Source of the DNA: Dehalococcoidia bacterium
Lineage (GTDB): Bacteria; Chloroflexota; Dehalococcoidia; Lucifugimonadales; UBA3495
Assembly: GCA_965116565.1 (NCBI GenBank)
Contig: OZ220699.1
Coordinates: forward strand, 3,658,858 to 3,722,857
Direction of reading: 5' to 3'
Length of the DNA: 64,000 nucleotides
The notes below the pieces were generated by a model. The model saw only the letters and a program-made list of their open reading frames with translations, ran no database searches and had not been told where the DNA came from. Below, piece after piece: positions 18,773 to 27,904 of this stretch; the stretch's first letter is position 1; each line of letters starts with the position of its first letter. Position numbers and translations under genes: made by a program.

Positions 18773-20647
18773 ATGATTCGTTACGAAGTTTTCAAGGGAA
18801 GCCTGGGCGCGCTGATTCTGGCCACGCTTGCCCTGGCGGTCATCGTGGCCTGCGGAGGCGCCGCTCCCGCGGAGGATGCGGGACAGGCCGCGCCCGCCGC
18901 GCCGCAGGCAGCCACCAACCAGCAGCAATCTCCCACGGAGCCCGCCCAGCAGGCCATGGCAGCAACGACCGCGCCCGCGCAGCAGGGACAACCTCAGGTC
19001 GCTCCCACGGCCATGCCGGCCGCCACCGATGCCGCGCCGCAGATGGCCATGCAACCGGCGGGAAAAATCACCATGGGACAGGAGGAGATCAACATCTTCA
19101 GCGGCCACCCGGCCCATTCGGTGAATCCGCAACTGTTCGTCATATCCACGGCCCCGGTGGTCGAGGGCCTGATGCAGTGGAACAGCAACCTGGTGGCGGA
19201 ACCCCTGCTGACCGAGTCCTGGAACATATCGGACGATTTCGCGACCTGGACCTTCAATCTCCGCAAGGGCGTGCAGTTTCACAAGGGATACGGTGAAATG
19301 ACCGCGGAGGACGTGGTGTATTCCTATTCCCATTGGATCACCAACACCAAGCACGCCCGGGCCAGCGCCCTCCAAAGGTTCTGGGACCACCCCGAGGGCA
19401 GCATCGAGATTGTGGACAGCCATACCCTGATGGTGGACACCGGCGAGCCCATGCCCGACGTGATCATGTCCGAGTTCCACCGGGTCCCCTCCGGGATCGC
19501 CAGCTGGGTGGTCAGCAAGAAGCAGTCGGATGAAATCGGGATCGAAGCTGCGGACAAGGACATCGCCGCCACCGGCCCGTGGGAAATCGTCGATCATCGC
19601 CCGGCCCAATTCTGGCGGATGAAGGCGGTCCAGAACCACTGGCGCAAAACTCCCAACTTCGCGGAGCTTGAATTCCAGGAAATCCCCGAGCAGTCCACCC
19701 GGCTGGCGGGATTCCAGACCGGTAATCTGGATACCTTCGTGATGGCATTCGACTCCATCCCCCTGGTTCAGGCGATGGAAGGGGCCAAGCTGTTGATAGT
19801 GCCCGACCAGGCGGCCGGTGAAATGCTGCTGCACTTCCACGGCGGGCTGTACTTCAACGTGGGCACCCCCGACCAGGAAGCCGCCTACGATCCGGACCTG
19901 CCCTGGGTTTCCTCCAACACGGAGATCGGCTCGCCGGAGTGGGAGCAGGCCAAGAAGGTGCGCCAGGCAATGGTGAAGGCCATCGACACCCAGACCATCG
20001 TGGAGACCCTGCTGCAGGGCTACGCCATGCGGTCGCCGGTGGGCGTGGGCGGCTACAGCTACTCGGCGCACCGGTTCCCGGACATCCCGATGCTGGAATA
20101 CGATCTGGAGGGAGCCAAGGCGCTGATGGCAGAGACCGGTTATGGTGAGGAAGGATTCAGCATCACGCTGGTGCCCGCCCTCCGCGGCGCTCCCGCCGAG
20201 GTGGAAGTGGCCGAGGCCATCGCCGTCATGTGGGAGGACATCGGCATCGACGTGAAGTTGCAGAATCTGCCCTACGGCACCTACCGGCCCACGGTCATCG
20301 GGCGGACCTTCAACGGCGCCACCAACCACGCGACTTCCCCGTCCAACACGCCGGCGCGGCTGTACAACGCCCTGCAGAACCGGGGCAGCTTCGTCAGGCA
20401 CACCCACCCCTTCCTGGACGACATCACGATCCGGGCTCAGAGCGCCGTCACCCTGGAGGACCGCACCAAGCTTGAGACCGAGACGGGAAAGTTCATGTAC
20501 GACGAGTCCATCTACGCCTCCCTGTACATGTGGAGCGCGGTGTGGGCGGTTGGTCCCAGGATCGATGACAAGGCGTGGGGCGAGAACCTGTTCTACGGCG
20601 ACATTCGCAACATCAACGGCTACGAGTGGATCGAGCCGCGGCGTTAG
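18773..20647 (+). CDS. ABC transporter substrate-binding lipoprotein, family 5 (peptide/nickel type)
   Basis: Start at ATG 18773 after GGAGGTGAGG. It has a signal peptide with the lipobox-like LAVIVAC, an A/P/Q-rich linker and then a typical SBP_bac_5-like body. No permease or ATPase genes are adjacent. Confidence 0.8.
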   Translation: MIRYEVFKGSLGALILATLALAVIVACGGAAPAEDAGQAAPAAPQAATNQQQSPTEPAQQAMAATTAPAQQGQPQVAPTAMPAATDAAPQMAMQPAGKITMGQEEINIFSGHPAHSVNPQLFVISTAPVVEGLMQWNSNLVAEPLLTESWNISDDFATWTFNLRKGVQFHKGYGEMTAEDVVYSYSHWITNTKHARASALQRFWDHPEGSIEIVDSHTLMVDTGEPMPDVIMSEFHRVPSGIASWVVSKKQSDEIGIEAADKDIAATGPWEIVDHRPAQFWRMKAVQNHWRKTPNFAELEFQEIPEQSTRLAGFQTGNLDTFVMAFDSIPLVQAMEGAKLLIVPDQAAGEMLLHFHGGLYFNVGTPDQEAAYDPDLPWVSSNTEIGSPEWEQAKKVRQAMVKAIDTQTIVETLLQGYAMRSPVGVGGYSYSAHRFPDIPMLEYDLEGAKALMAETGYGEEGFSITLVPALRGAPAEVEVAEAIAVMWEDIGIDVKLQNLPYGTYRPTVIGRTFNGATNHATSPSNTPARLYNALQNRGSFVRHTHPFLDDITIRAQSAVTLEDRTKLETETGKFMYDESIYASLYMWSAVWAVGPRIDDKAWGENLFYGDIRNINGYEWIEPRR

Positions 20648-21502
20648 GCGATCCTGACCCCAGACGCCGAAACCAATTCGGCTCCTGCCGGCCACGCGGG
20701 AGCGCACGGGCGCGGTTGCAACGTCGACCGCGCCCGTATTGTCACCGTTCCGACCGGCGATCGCCCACATTATCGGCGGCGGCCGGCTACGGAACGGACC
20801 AGACCATCGCGCACCACAGCCGACACCACGCGCATGCCCCAGAGCAATCGCACCTGGGATTGGGATGCCAATCGCTCCCGGGAAAACCGGAACGCAGAGG
20901 CCGCGGGAATAGCGATTGCCGGCACGCCGCATGGAGGAGCCATCAATGGCAATGCGATAGCCGGGAGGCGAGTTCGCGGTATGTGTGTTGGGTCTGAACG
21001 GTTTTTTGGGTTGGTGTTTCGTTAGGGTTTCTCCTTTTGGTGATGGGGATTTTTGGGTTTTCGGCGTCAGGTTGTGGTTCGGGTCGATGGTCCGCCAGTG
21101 GCGGCTAAACTCAGCACGGCCCAGGCTGGTTTGGATTGAGCAGAAAGCTATAGTCCTAGGCTTCCATGTCCTCGCGGTCAGCCGGCTAATGGAACCGGGG
21201 CAATGCGAACACGGCGCGGTGGTGACATCCGCGGGGTTCCGGGAGATCAGTCGGGGAATAAACCGACTCTCGGCCCCTTGGGAACCATATTCTGCTGTCG
21301 GTTACCCGACAAGCCGTTTTTTGACCCGAACCCTTGTTGACACCTCGCTATGTTTCCATGGTTTGGTGAACGCCGCTGCTAGCGATGCGGCGACCCCGCC
21401 CGGTTCTCGAGCGCCGGTTGGGGAACCTGACATAGGTAGGATAGAACGTGGGTACTGCGTGGGGCAACGGGCGGGTGTCACACCTTGAAAATTGTTTTTC
21501 AT

Positions 21503-21543
21503 GGATGTACAGGATGTACAGGATGTACAGGATGTACAGGATG
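21503..21543. repeat. 9-bp tandem repeat (GGATGTACA) x4.5
   Basis: Perfect copies at 21503, 21512, 21521 and 21530, then a partial GGATG. Confidence 0.9.
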
Positions 21544-21829
21544 GGGGTTTGGGATTCGTGAGGTTGGGTGGCAGGGAGGTTGGGCGAGCGGCCGGTCGCC
21601 CCTGCGACGGGTGGCGTTGGATGATTGGGCAGGGCGGGTTTGCAGGAGAACCCTGATTCTCTCGCCCCACAGGCGGATGTTCGGCCCGAAAGGGGCGGGG
21701 CCATTGTCATGGCGACGACGGTTGCCATGAGCGCGGTAAGGAGGAGCCAACAGTTGAAAATCGATGGCCCTGGCGCATACCCAAAAGCACTGGCGTACCG
21801 AATTAATATTCGGATATAATGAAGGCACT

Positions 21830-22519
21830 ATGACGATGGCCTGCATCATCATCAAGCACCTGCCCTGCCGGGTGGAAGCGGCCCGCCATTCAGTCCTGCG
21901 GCGTAACCCGCTGGTGGTTTACGACCCGCTCTCGCCGCTGCAGCGTGTAGTGGACGCCTCTCCCGGTTGGCGCATTCATCCCGACATGCCCTTGCGCACC
22001 GCTCTCACCCGCTGTCCCGAAGCCGTTGCGACTCCCGCCAACTCGGCCCTGTATGCACAGCGTTGGCGCGCCGTAATCGACCGTCTGCGCAACGTCCGGG
22101 ACGACGTCGATGACGCTGGGTTGGGCGCCGCCTACGTGGGCATCAGCGCCGGCGACCGTCCGTCCACTGACGAGCCGCGCCTGGTCGCCGATCTCATGCA
22201 ATGTATTCCCAGCGATTGGGAACCGCAGGTGGGCATCGCATCCGACCGTTTCGCCGCCCACTGCGCCGCCAGAGTCGCCCGGCCCGGCCATGCCCTGCGG
22301 GTGCCAGATGACCCGGAACCTCGTCGCCAATTCCTCGCGCCCCTGTCCGTCAACCTCCTGCCCGTGGACGTGCACATCCTCGCCGGCCTGCACGACCGGG
22401 GCATACACCGCCTGGGCCAACTCGACGACCTGTCCGCCGAAGGCCTGGAAGCAACGTTGATGGAACAGTCGGAGACGGCGCCGGAGCCGGGCCACGGCAA
22501 ATTGCCCCGCGCAGCATAA
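21830..22519 (+). CDS. Y-family DNA polymerase-like protein (ImuB-like, lacks catalytic acidic motif, C-terminally short)
   Basis: MACIIIKHLPCRVEAA..PLVV..VVDASPGW..MPLRTALTRCPEAV and ..FLAPLSVNLLP.. follow the Y-family N-terminal layout without the DxD residues. The ORF ends at about 230 aa, where homologues continue. Confidence 0.5.
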   Translation: MTMACIIIKHLPCRVEAARHSVLRRNPLVVYDPLSPLQRVVDASPGWRIHPDMPLRTALTRCPEAVATPANSALYAQRWRAVIDRLRNVRDDVDDAGLGAAYVGISAGDRPSTDEPRLVADLMQCIPSDWEPQVGIASDRFAAHCAARVARPGHALRVPDDPEPRRQFLAPLSVNLLPVDVHILAGLHDRGIHRLGQLDDLSAEGLEATLMEQSETAPEPGHGKLPRAA

Positions 22520-22662
22520 TTCCTGTTCATCTTGTCCATCGACGTCAGACCCGTCGTGGGCGGCAGCGTTTCTTGCGCCCCTCTACCGCGCTGGGTATGA
22601 TGCTGCCCATCGTTCGTCGCCCTACCTGAATCCCTCTCGGCGGCGATGCTGGAGGTTCCTCA

Positions 22663-23604
22663 ATGTCCGTGATGGTCACCGGCGGCACCGGGTTCATCGG
22701 CAACCGCATCATCCGCAAGCTGGTCGAACGCGGCGAGGACGTCGTCTGCTTCGACCTCGCTCCCCCGCGCGCCAACCTGCAGCCCCTGATGGACCGCATC
22801 TCCATCTATCGCGGCGACGTCACCCGCCTGGACCATCTGCTGGAAGCCGTCAACCGCCACGACGTTGACCGCATCATCCACATGGCCGCGCTGCTGCCGC
22901 CCGACACCGAGGACAGGCCCGCCACCGGCATGGCCGTCAACATCGACGGCTGCAACAACGTCTTTGAGGCCGCGCGCTGGGGCAACATCAAGCGCGTCAT
23001 CTATGCCAGCAGCATCGCCGTGTACGGCGTGCAGGACACTTTCGGCGACCGGCCTTTGATCGAGGACGACCTGCCCGCGCCCATCAACGTGTACGGCATG
23101 ACCAAGGCCGTCAACGACTTCGCTGCCGCCCGGTACCGTACTCTGCACGGGCTGGATATACGCGGCATCCGCATCTGCACCGTCTTCGGACACGGCCGAG
23201 TAACCGGCATGACCGGGATGATCGGCGGCCTGATGATGTCCCTGCCCGCCATCGGCCAGCCCGTCAGCATGGACTTCGATCCCATGGAGGCGTCGCCCAT
23301 GATCCATGCCGAAGACGCCGCCGAGATCTTCGTGCGCGCCGCCCTGGCCGACAATCTGAACCATCACATCTACATCAGCGGCGGCGAACTGGCCACCATC
23401 GCCGACGTGGCCGACATCGTCCGTTCCTATATCCCCGACGCCAGCATCACCACCGGCAGCCGGCCCGTCCCCCACGTGTACCTGGTGGACAACAGCCGCA
23501 TGATGGCCGACCTCGGCTACGAGCTGCCGCCCCTGCGCATGCGCGTGCTTGACCACATCAACGACGCCCGCGCCGAGGCCGGCCTGGAGCCGATATCAGG
23601 CTAG
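22663..23604 (+). CDS. NAD-dependent epimerase/dehydratase (extended SDR)
   Basis: VMVTGGTGFIGNRI Rossmann motif in a 313-aa ORF. Confidence 0.85.
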   Translation: MSVMVTGGTGFIGNRIIRKLVERGEDVVCFDLAPPRANLQPLMDRISIYRGDVTRLDHLLEAVNRHDVDRIIHMAALLPPDTEDRPATGMAVNIDGCNNVFEAARWGNIKRVIYASSIAVYGVQDTFGDRPLIEDDLPAPINVYGMTKAVNDFAAARYRTLHGLDIRGIRICTVFGHGRVTGMTGMIGGLMMSLPAIGQPVSMDFDPMEASPMIHAEDAAEIFVRAALADNLNHHIYISGGELATIADVADIVRSYIPDASITTGSRPVPHVYLVDNSRMMADLGYELPPLRMRVLDHINDARAEAGLEPISG

Positions 23605-23638
23605 ACCGGACTTGATACAATGTGCTCACGTGATAACC

Positions 23639-24238
23639 ATGAGCAAGCCAGAACTCAACACGGCGCAAAACGAGCAGATCGTCGCCCTGGGCCAACGACA
23701 CAAGGTGCGCCGGCTAACCTGGCTTCATGAACCCGTCCGCAGCGGTCCGGATGCCGGAACCGAGGCGATGCTGATCGAGTTCAACCCCGCGGACGTGCCC
23801 TCGCTGTCGGCGCTGGCAGCCATGGAGGAGGAAATCGGCGGCATCCTGGGGCGCAAAATCGACCTGCACCTGTACCTGCGGGAGATGTACCTGGGCTACG
23901 GGCCCGGCGAGGACGGCATCGTGTACGACCGGGCCGACCACTTGGATATCCCAATGCCCAGGGAGAAGATCGCCGAGTTCTGCAAGCGCAAGAAAATCCG
24001 GTGGCTGGCAAAACTACCGTACCCCAGCCGCGAATCCGTCAACAGTTACGCCGACATTAGATTTCTTGCCGAGTTCGAGCCCGGCGTCAAAGTAGGCTGG
24101 GACATATTCACGATGGGAGATGAGCTGGGCAAGGTGCTTGGCTGCCTGGCCAGCATCGACAGGGCGGGACCAAGAGACTCCGATTGGATTGCCGAGTTGA
24201 AAAAAACCGCTCAAGTGCAATATGAGCGACCGCACTGA
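23639..24238 (+). CDS. tandem degenerate MNT-like (nucleotidyltransferase-fold) protein, putative HepT antitoxin
   Basis: Two MNT-like halves. Half 1 reads WLHEPVRSG..TEAMLIEF..LGRKIDLH. Half 2 reads LAKLPYPSRES..ADIRFLAEF. The GS and DxD catalytic positions are replaced in both. It overlaps the hepT start by 17 nt. Confidence 0.6.
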   Translation: MSKPELNTAQNEQIVALGQRHKVRRLTWLHEPVRSGPDAGTEAMLIEFNPADVPSLSALAAMEEEIGGILGRKIDLHLYLREMYLGYGPGEDGIVYDRADHLDIPMPREKIAEFCKRKKIRWLAKLPYPSRESVNSYADIRFLAEFEPGVKVGWDIFTMGDELGKVLGCLASIDRAGPRDSDWIAELKKTAQVQYERPH

Positions 24239-24581
24239 TGCGGAGCGTATCGGCGACATGGTGCGGCACGCCAACGAAGCCATGGCCGTACTGGGCGATG
24301 CCGAATTTGCGGAGTTCTGCGACAACCGCCAGATGCAGCTGGTAATCTTTTATTTGGTAACGGTGGTCGGCGAGGCCGCCAGCAAGTGCGATCCCGATAC
24401 TTTGCGACACTACCCGGGGATTCTTTGGCACCAGGTCAGGGGCGCCAGAAACCACCTGGTGCATGACTACTACAAAATAAACCTTGGCACCGTGTATGAG
24501 ATAGTGATGGAGCATCTGCCCATTCTCATCGCCGCACTACAATCCCCTACCCACAACCACCCAGGAGGACAACCATCATGA
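24222..24581 (+). CDS. hepT: DUF86/HepT HEPN toxin
   Basis: 119 aa with the Rx4H motif RNHLVHDY near the C-terminus, downstream of an MNT-like gene. Confidence 0.75.
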   Translation: MSDRTDAERIGDMVRHANEAMAVLGDAEFAEFCDNRQMQLVIFYLVTVVGEAASKCDPDTLRHYPGILWHQVRGARNHLVHDYYKINLGTVYEIVMEHLPILIAALQSPTHNHPGGQPS

Positions 24582-25519
24582 GCGTTGCCATCGGCTACGT
24601 CCCCGGCGCATTCGGACAGGGAGGCGACGACCCCAACTTCCTCCGCACCCTGGTGGAACTGGGCGACCGGTACGAATACGACTCCATCTGGCTCAGCGAC
24701 CGCATCTGCAGCGACCGGTTCAGTCTGGAGCCCATGGTTGCCCTGTCACTGGTGGCCGGCTACTCCGACCGCCTCAAGTTCGGCACCAGCGTGCTGGCCC
24801 TGCCTCTGCGCAACCCCGTGGTGCTGGCCAAGCAGGTCGCCACGCTGGACTGGCTCTCCCAGGGCCGGTTCTTCCCCGCCGTCGGCCTGGGCCAGGAAGA
24901 TCCCGACGAGTACGAGGCCTGCGGCGTGCCCAAGGCCGACCGCGCCCGCCGCACCGACGAGGCCATCGCCCTGATGCGCCGTCTCTGGGAGGAGGAAGAC
25001 GTCACCCACGAGGGCGATTTCTTCACCACCCATAACGTATCCGTCACGCCGCGCACCTTCCTCAAGCCCTCGCCTCCGGTGTGGATCGGCGGGCGCAGTC
25101 CCGCCGCCGCCCGGCGGGTCGGACGCGTTGGGGATGGCTGGCTTGTCTCCAGCGCCACGCCGGAGGAGGTCCGCTCCGGCCGGGAAATCGTATTCGAGAC
25201 CGCCCAGCAGTACGACCGTGAAATCGAGGAGGACCACGTCGGCGTGCTCATCGGCTACTACATTTGCGACGACCAAGCAGACGGCGAGGCCAGGTCCGAG
25301 CAGTTCGTGACCCGCCAGCGACCCGACGCCCACTTCACCGAGTACTCCGCCGTCGGCACCTCCGAGCAGATCGGCGACTTCATCCAGGAGTACATCGACG
25401 CCGGCGGCTTCAAGTTCGTCATCCGCCCGCTGTGCGCCGGCACTGAGTCAATGGAGCAGCTGGAACAGGCCGGCGAGGAAATCCTGCCCCGATTCCACGG
25501 CCCGCTGGGCAGCAAGTAG
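24578..25519 (+). CDS. LLM-class (luciferase-like) F420/flavin-dependent oxidoreductase
   Basis: ..YDSIWLSDR.., KFGTSVLALPLRNPVVLAKQVATLD and ..GRFFPAVGLG are typical of the LLM family. Confidence 0.8.
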   Translation: MSVAIGYVPGAFGQGGDDPNFLRTLVELGDRYEYDSIWLSDRICSDRFSLEPMVALSLVAGYSDRLKFGTSVLALPLRNPVVLAKQVATLDWLSQGRFFPAVGLGQEDPDEYEACGVPKADRARRTDEAIALMRRLWEEEDVTHEGDFFTTHNVSVTPRTFLKPSPPVWIGGRSPAAARRVGRVGDGWLVSSATPEEVRSGREIVFETAQQYDREIEEDHVGVLIGYYICDDQADGEARSEQFVTRQRPDAHFTEYSAVGTSEQIGDFIQEYIDAGGFKFVIRPLCAGTESMEQLEQAGEEILPRFHGPLGSK

Positions 25520-25540
25520 AGAATCCCGGGAGGCCGCGCC

Positions 25541-26140
25541 ATGACCACCTCCAAGCCCAAACTCCGCACCGGGACCAGCATGTCCCTCGATGAATTCCTC
25601 GGCCTCGGCGAAACCGACGAGCGGCTGGAGTTGTTTGACGGCGTCCTTTACCTGATGAGTACACCTACCAAAGACCACCAGTTTTTGATGCGTTGGATTG
25701 CCCGGCACTTTGACGACCACATCGATGCCTTTGAAAGTCCGCCAGCGGAAATTCATTTGGATATAACCACCATCCTATCCCCGGAACTTCAGCGTGCAGT
25801 GGAACCGGACATCGTAGTGATTCTCGCTGGCCGCAACGATATCGGCGGCGTCCGCCACGTAGAAGGCGTCCCTAACATCGTGGTGGAAATCCTGTCTTCC
25901 GACCGCAACCACGATTTGGTGTTCAAGCGACGGATTTACGCCGAGGCCGGGGTTCGCGAGTACTGGATATTCGACCCGGTCAACGACACCGTCCTGCCGC
26001 TGGAACTGCAGGACGGCGAGTACGCCGAGCGTCCGACCCTCACTGCCGCAGACACGCTTACCACGCCGCTGCTGCCCGGCCTGTCCATCCCTCTGGCCGA
26101 CATCTTCCAACACCGTCGCCGCCCGCCTAAGGACGAGTAA
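25541..26140 (+). CDS. Uma2-family endonuclease-like protein (tandem copy 1)
   Basis: ..VEPDIVVI.., PNIVVEILSSDRNHD and YAEAGVREYWIFDP. Confidence 0.8.
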   Translation: MTTSKPKLRTGTSMSLDEFLGLGETDERLELFDGVLYLMSTPTKDHQFLMRWIARHFDDHIDAFESPPAEIHLDITTILSPELQRAVEPDIVVILAGRNDIGGVRHVEGVPNIVVEILSSDRNHDLVFKRRIYAEAGVREYWIFDPVNDTVLPLELQDGEYAERPTLTAADTLTTPLLPGLSIPLADIFQHRRRPPKDE

Positions 26141-26159
26141 GTTCGCCGGAGGCCGTGCC

Positions 26160-26765
26160 ATGACCACCTCCAAACCCAAACTTCGCACCGGGACCCGCAT
26201 GTCCGTCGACGAGTTCCTGAACTTGCCGGAAATCGACGAATACCGCTGGCTGGAACTCGACGACGGGGAACTCTACTTTATGCCCAGACCCAGGCGTGGC
26301 CACCAATTCCTTGCACTTCGACTGACGACGCAATTTGACAATCATCTGGACAGCTTCGACGAGCCGCCGGCAGAGGTGTACACCGAGTTGGTTGTCATCA
26401 TATCGCGAGAATCGGGTCGAATCCTGATTCCCGACCTGTCCATTTTCCTGCGAACGCCTGGGGACGATACCGACATCAGCGCCGCCGGAAATATCCCCGA
26501 CATCATCATCGAAATCCTCTCCACCGACCGCAACCGCGACCTCGTTCGCAAACGCCAGATCTACGCCGAGGCCGGCGTCCGCGAGTACTGGATCTTCGAC
26601 CCCCAGAACGACACCGTGCTGCCCCTGGGACTGCACGACGGCGAATACATCGAGAGCCCAGCCCTCACCTCGGACGATACCCTCACCACCCCGCTGCTGC
26701 CCGGCCTGTCCATCCCCCTGGCCGACATCTTCCATCACCGCCGGCGCCCGCCTCGGGATGAATAA
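26160..26765 (+). CDS. Uma2-family endonuclease-like protein (tandem copy 2)
   Basis: Paralogue of 25541-26140 with the same N-terminus (MTTSKPKLRTGT), the same RBS context, and C-terminal LTTPLLPGLSIPLADIF. Confidence 0.8.
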   Translation: MTTSKPKLRTGTRMSVDEFLNLPEIDEYRWLELDDGELYFMPRPRRGHQFLALRLTTQFDNHLDSFDEPPAEVYTELVVIISRESGRILIPDLSIFLRTPGDDTDISAAGNIPDIIIEILSTDRNRDLVRKRQIYAEAGVREYWIFDPQNDTVLPLGLHDGEYIESPALTSDDTLTTPLLPGLSIPLADIFHHRRRPPRDE

Positions 26766-26856
26766 CCCGCTGGGTTGCCCCGGCTATCCGGGCATACTAT
26801 GATTGCCCGGTCGTTAAATCTCAAAACGTTATCCTGTTGAAAGGAGCAGCCTCCAA

Positions 26857-27828
26857 ATGAAAGCAGCCCAGCTCGTCGCCCCCAAGCGTTGGGAATTCAC
26901 CGAAATTGACACGCCGGCGCCTGTTGACGGCCAGGTCCTGATCAAGATGGAGTCGGTCAGCGTCTGCGGCTCCGACATCCGCCACACCTACGGCCCCGTC
27001 CTCGACGAGTCGGAATACCCCATGGCTCCCTGTAAGGGCGCTCACGAGCTCGCCGGCGTCATCGTCGACAGCAAGACCGACGAGTTCCAGGAAGGCCAGC
27101 GCGTCATCGTGATTCCCTACCCCGGCACCGGCGGACTCTGCGATTACGTGCTTTCGGAACCGGGCCGCATGGCGCTCCTCCCCGAATACGGAGGACTCGA
27201 CGAGTGGGTCATGTGTCAACCGCCCGGCACCGTCCTCTATTCGTGCCGCCAGATGGGCAGCCCCCTCCAGCAGAACATCCTCATTTTCGGCCAGGGCAGC
27301 ATCGGCCTCAGCTTCACCATGATCCTGTCCCGCATGGGCGCACGCAACGTCATCGTCGTTGACCCGCTGGACTACCGCCTCGAGAAGTCCAAGCAGATGG
27401 GTTCCACTCATCGAATCAACCCCGACAAGCAGGACGTCCACGAAGCGGTCATGGAGATCACCAGGGGCGCCGGCCCCGACGTTTGCGTCGAAGCTGCCGG
27501 CTACCCCGACTCGCTGAACGAGTGCTTCCGCCACGTCCGCCAGTTCGGCCAGGTCATCATCTTCGGCATACAGACCGACCACATGGTGCCCATCGAGCAC
27601 AACCTCTGGATGGACAAGCAGCCGCGCATCATTCCCACCACCGGCGCGCGCAGCGGCGACCCCATCAGCCAGATCCAGGACATGGTAGACCTGCGCGACC
27701 GCGGCTGGGCTGATCCCGCCGAACTGATCACCCACCGCGTCGGCTTCTCCGACATCCAGCAAGCCTACGACATGTACGAGCAGCGCGACGATAACATCAT
27801 CAAGGTGGTCATGGACATCAACACCTAG
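26857..27828 (+). CDS. zinc-dependent alcohol/polyol dehydrogenase (MDR family)
   Basis: ..SVSVCGSDIRHTYG.. plus a GQGSIGL Rossmann motif in 323 aa. Confidence 0.8.
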   Translation: MKAAQLVAPKRWEFTEIDTPAPVDGQVLIKMESVSVCGSDIRHTYGPVLDESEYPMAPCKGAHELAGVIVDSKTDEFQEGQRVIVIPYPGTGGLCDYVLSEPGRMALLPEYGGLDEWVMCQPPGTVLYSCRQMGSPLQQNILIFGQGSIGLSFTMILSRMGARNVIVVDPLDYRLEKSKQMGSTHRINPDKQDVHEAVMEITRGAGPDVCVEAAGYPDSLNECFRHVRQFGQVIIFGIQTDHMVPIEHNLWMDKQPRIIPTTGARSGDPISQIQDMVDLRDRGWADPAELITHRVGFSDIQQAYDMYEQRDDNIIKVVMDINT

Positions 27829-27904
27829 GCCACCACCGGCGTGGCGTGATGCCACGCACAACACGGGGGCGGATCCGGATCCGTCCCCCGTCATATATTT
27901 TGGT

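Noticed and set aside
21503-21543. Tandem repeats at 21503, 55478 and 63785 as CRISPR arrays.
   Set aside because: The units are 9 or 21 bp and directly abutting, with no spacers. No cas genes are present.
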